Below the pieces are notes generated by a model. The model worked only from the letters and a program-made list of their open reading frames with translations. It did not search any database and had not been told where the DNA came from. From positions 3,844,001-3,908,000 of the forward strand of contig CM007989.1 in the NCBI GenBank assembly GCA_002189035.1: a DNA stretch of 64,000 bases. Reading direction: 5' to 3'. How positions within the stretch are numbered: position 1 is the first letter of the stretch; every line of letters starts with the position of its first letter. Both the position numbers and the translations under genes were made by a program. Positions 63,232 to 64,000 of this stretch are shown in pieces. The stretch comes from Utricularia gibba (Eukaryota; Plantae; Magnoliophyta).

Positions 63232-64000
63232 CTACAGGTTATTACAGGCGTGGGCGTAGATCATCAACGAGAACTCCAGTTTGTCTTCATCCTCGTGGAG
63301 CTTGTCCTCCAACCAGAGCCGGCTATCGAGCCCGGTCCTGGTCCTGAACAAGAACCGGCCGCAACCCGGACCGGAGATGTGGAACCAATCATGAACGTCC
63401 CACAGCAAATCCACGAGCAGCCCATCCAAAAAAATGGTTTGATTCCCTCGGAAGTTCCACTGCAGGCGCTTCACCCGAATCACGGTCTTCTTATCGATGC
63501 TGACGGACAGAACGGGACTCTTCGCCGTGTCGCCGTCGACGCCGCATCGGATCAGGATGTTGTGAGGGCTTCCCGCATCGGAGAATCTTGCCCTGGTTGA
63601 GTACAGGGCGTGCCCTGAGAAATGCTCCTGCCGTGAAATTAAGGAGAATTTCCCCGCGGCGGAGGACGGCTTCGTCTTCTTGTCTCCGAGGAGGAGGATG
63701 GGCGCCGAGTCGACGGTCATCAGGATGAAGAACCCGTCAATGGGTTCGGGGCAGGATCCGTACCGGGCGGTGGTGAGATCCCAAACGAGCTCAACGCTGA
63801 CGCCATGGAAATCCACAGTCTTCGCGCCTTTCGCCTTCCGGAAGAATCTAGAACCGGTGGTGAGCTTCACCGCCGCCGCCGCATCGTCGTTTAGCGCGAT
63901 GCTGAGGCCCTGGAATTGGGAGGAGGAGGAGGAGCTTCTGCACCAGGTCAGGGTCACGAAAATCCTCCTCTGGGAACCGGGCAATACCGTTCTGTAGAGA
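63232..64000 (-). CDS. DUF868 family protein; start lies beyond the right edge
   Basis: LYRTVL...VTLTWCR, FFRKAKGAK, VWDLTTARYGSCPEPIDGFF, VKRLQWNFRGNQTIFLDGLLVDLLWDVHDWF. Confidence 0.93.
   Translation of the reverse strand, partial: LYRTVLPGSQRRIFVTLTWCRSSSSSSQFQGLSIALNDDAAAAVKLTTGSRFFRKAKGAKTVDFHGVSVELVWDLTTARYGSCPEPIDGFFILMTVDSAPILLLGDKKTKPSSAAGKFSLISRQEHFSGHALYSTRARFSDAGSPHNILIRCGVDGDTAKSPVLSVSIDKKTVIRVKRLQWNFRGNQTIFLDGLLVDLLWDVHDWFHISGPGCGRFLFRTRTGLDSRLWLEDKLHEDEDKLEFSLMIYAHACNNL

Noticed and set aside
1-64000. CRISPR arrays, rRNA, tRNA genes, prokaryotic or organellar insertions
   Set aside because: None seen; all recognised genes are plant nuclear genes with plant-type motifs, most with spliceosomal introns.

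Overview
Nuclear DNA from a compact eudicot plant genome: about 19 apparently coding loci in 64 kb, mostly short introns, AT-rich spacers. Left to right: decayed CRM-type Ty3/gypsy element cut by the window edge; UCP; chloroplast FBPase; RING-CH E3 ligase; IPC synthase; a laccase with an apparent frameshift; a three-exon CLAVATA3-like CLE gene; a 78-aa unknown protein; DUF1279; NIT4; PsaO; nicalin; S40/DUF584; a solo LTR; FAF-like; GH17 glucanase; a root-type ferredoxin pseudogene absent from the ORF track; RPL10a; MULE fragments around a PIF/Harbinger element; GT29 (GALT29A-like); a HIRA pseudogene carrying an L1 insertion and a solo LTR; RPP2; an AGC kinase; and DUF868 cut by the right edge. 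Most interesting: the CLV3-like peptide with an atypical dodecapeptide, three genes decaying in place (ferredoxin, HIRA, possibly laccase), an eroded miR397 site, an unexplained stem-loop upstream of NIT4, and several orphan exon-like segments. No database searches were run. Family calls rest on recognised motifs, splice models were read by eye, and Arabidopsis locus IDs are recalled from memory and need verification. I found no evidence for a wholly new biological system.
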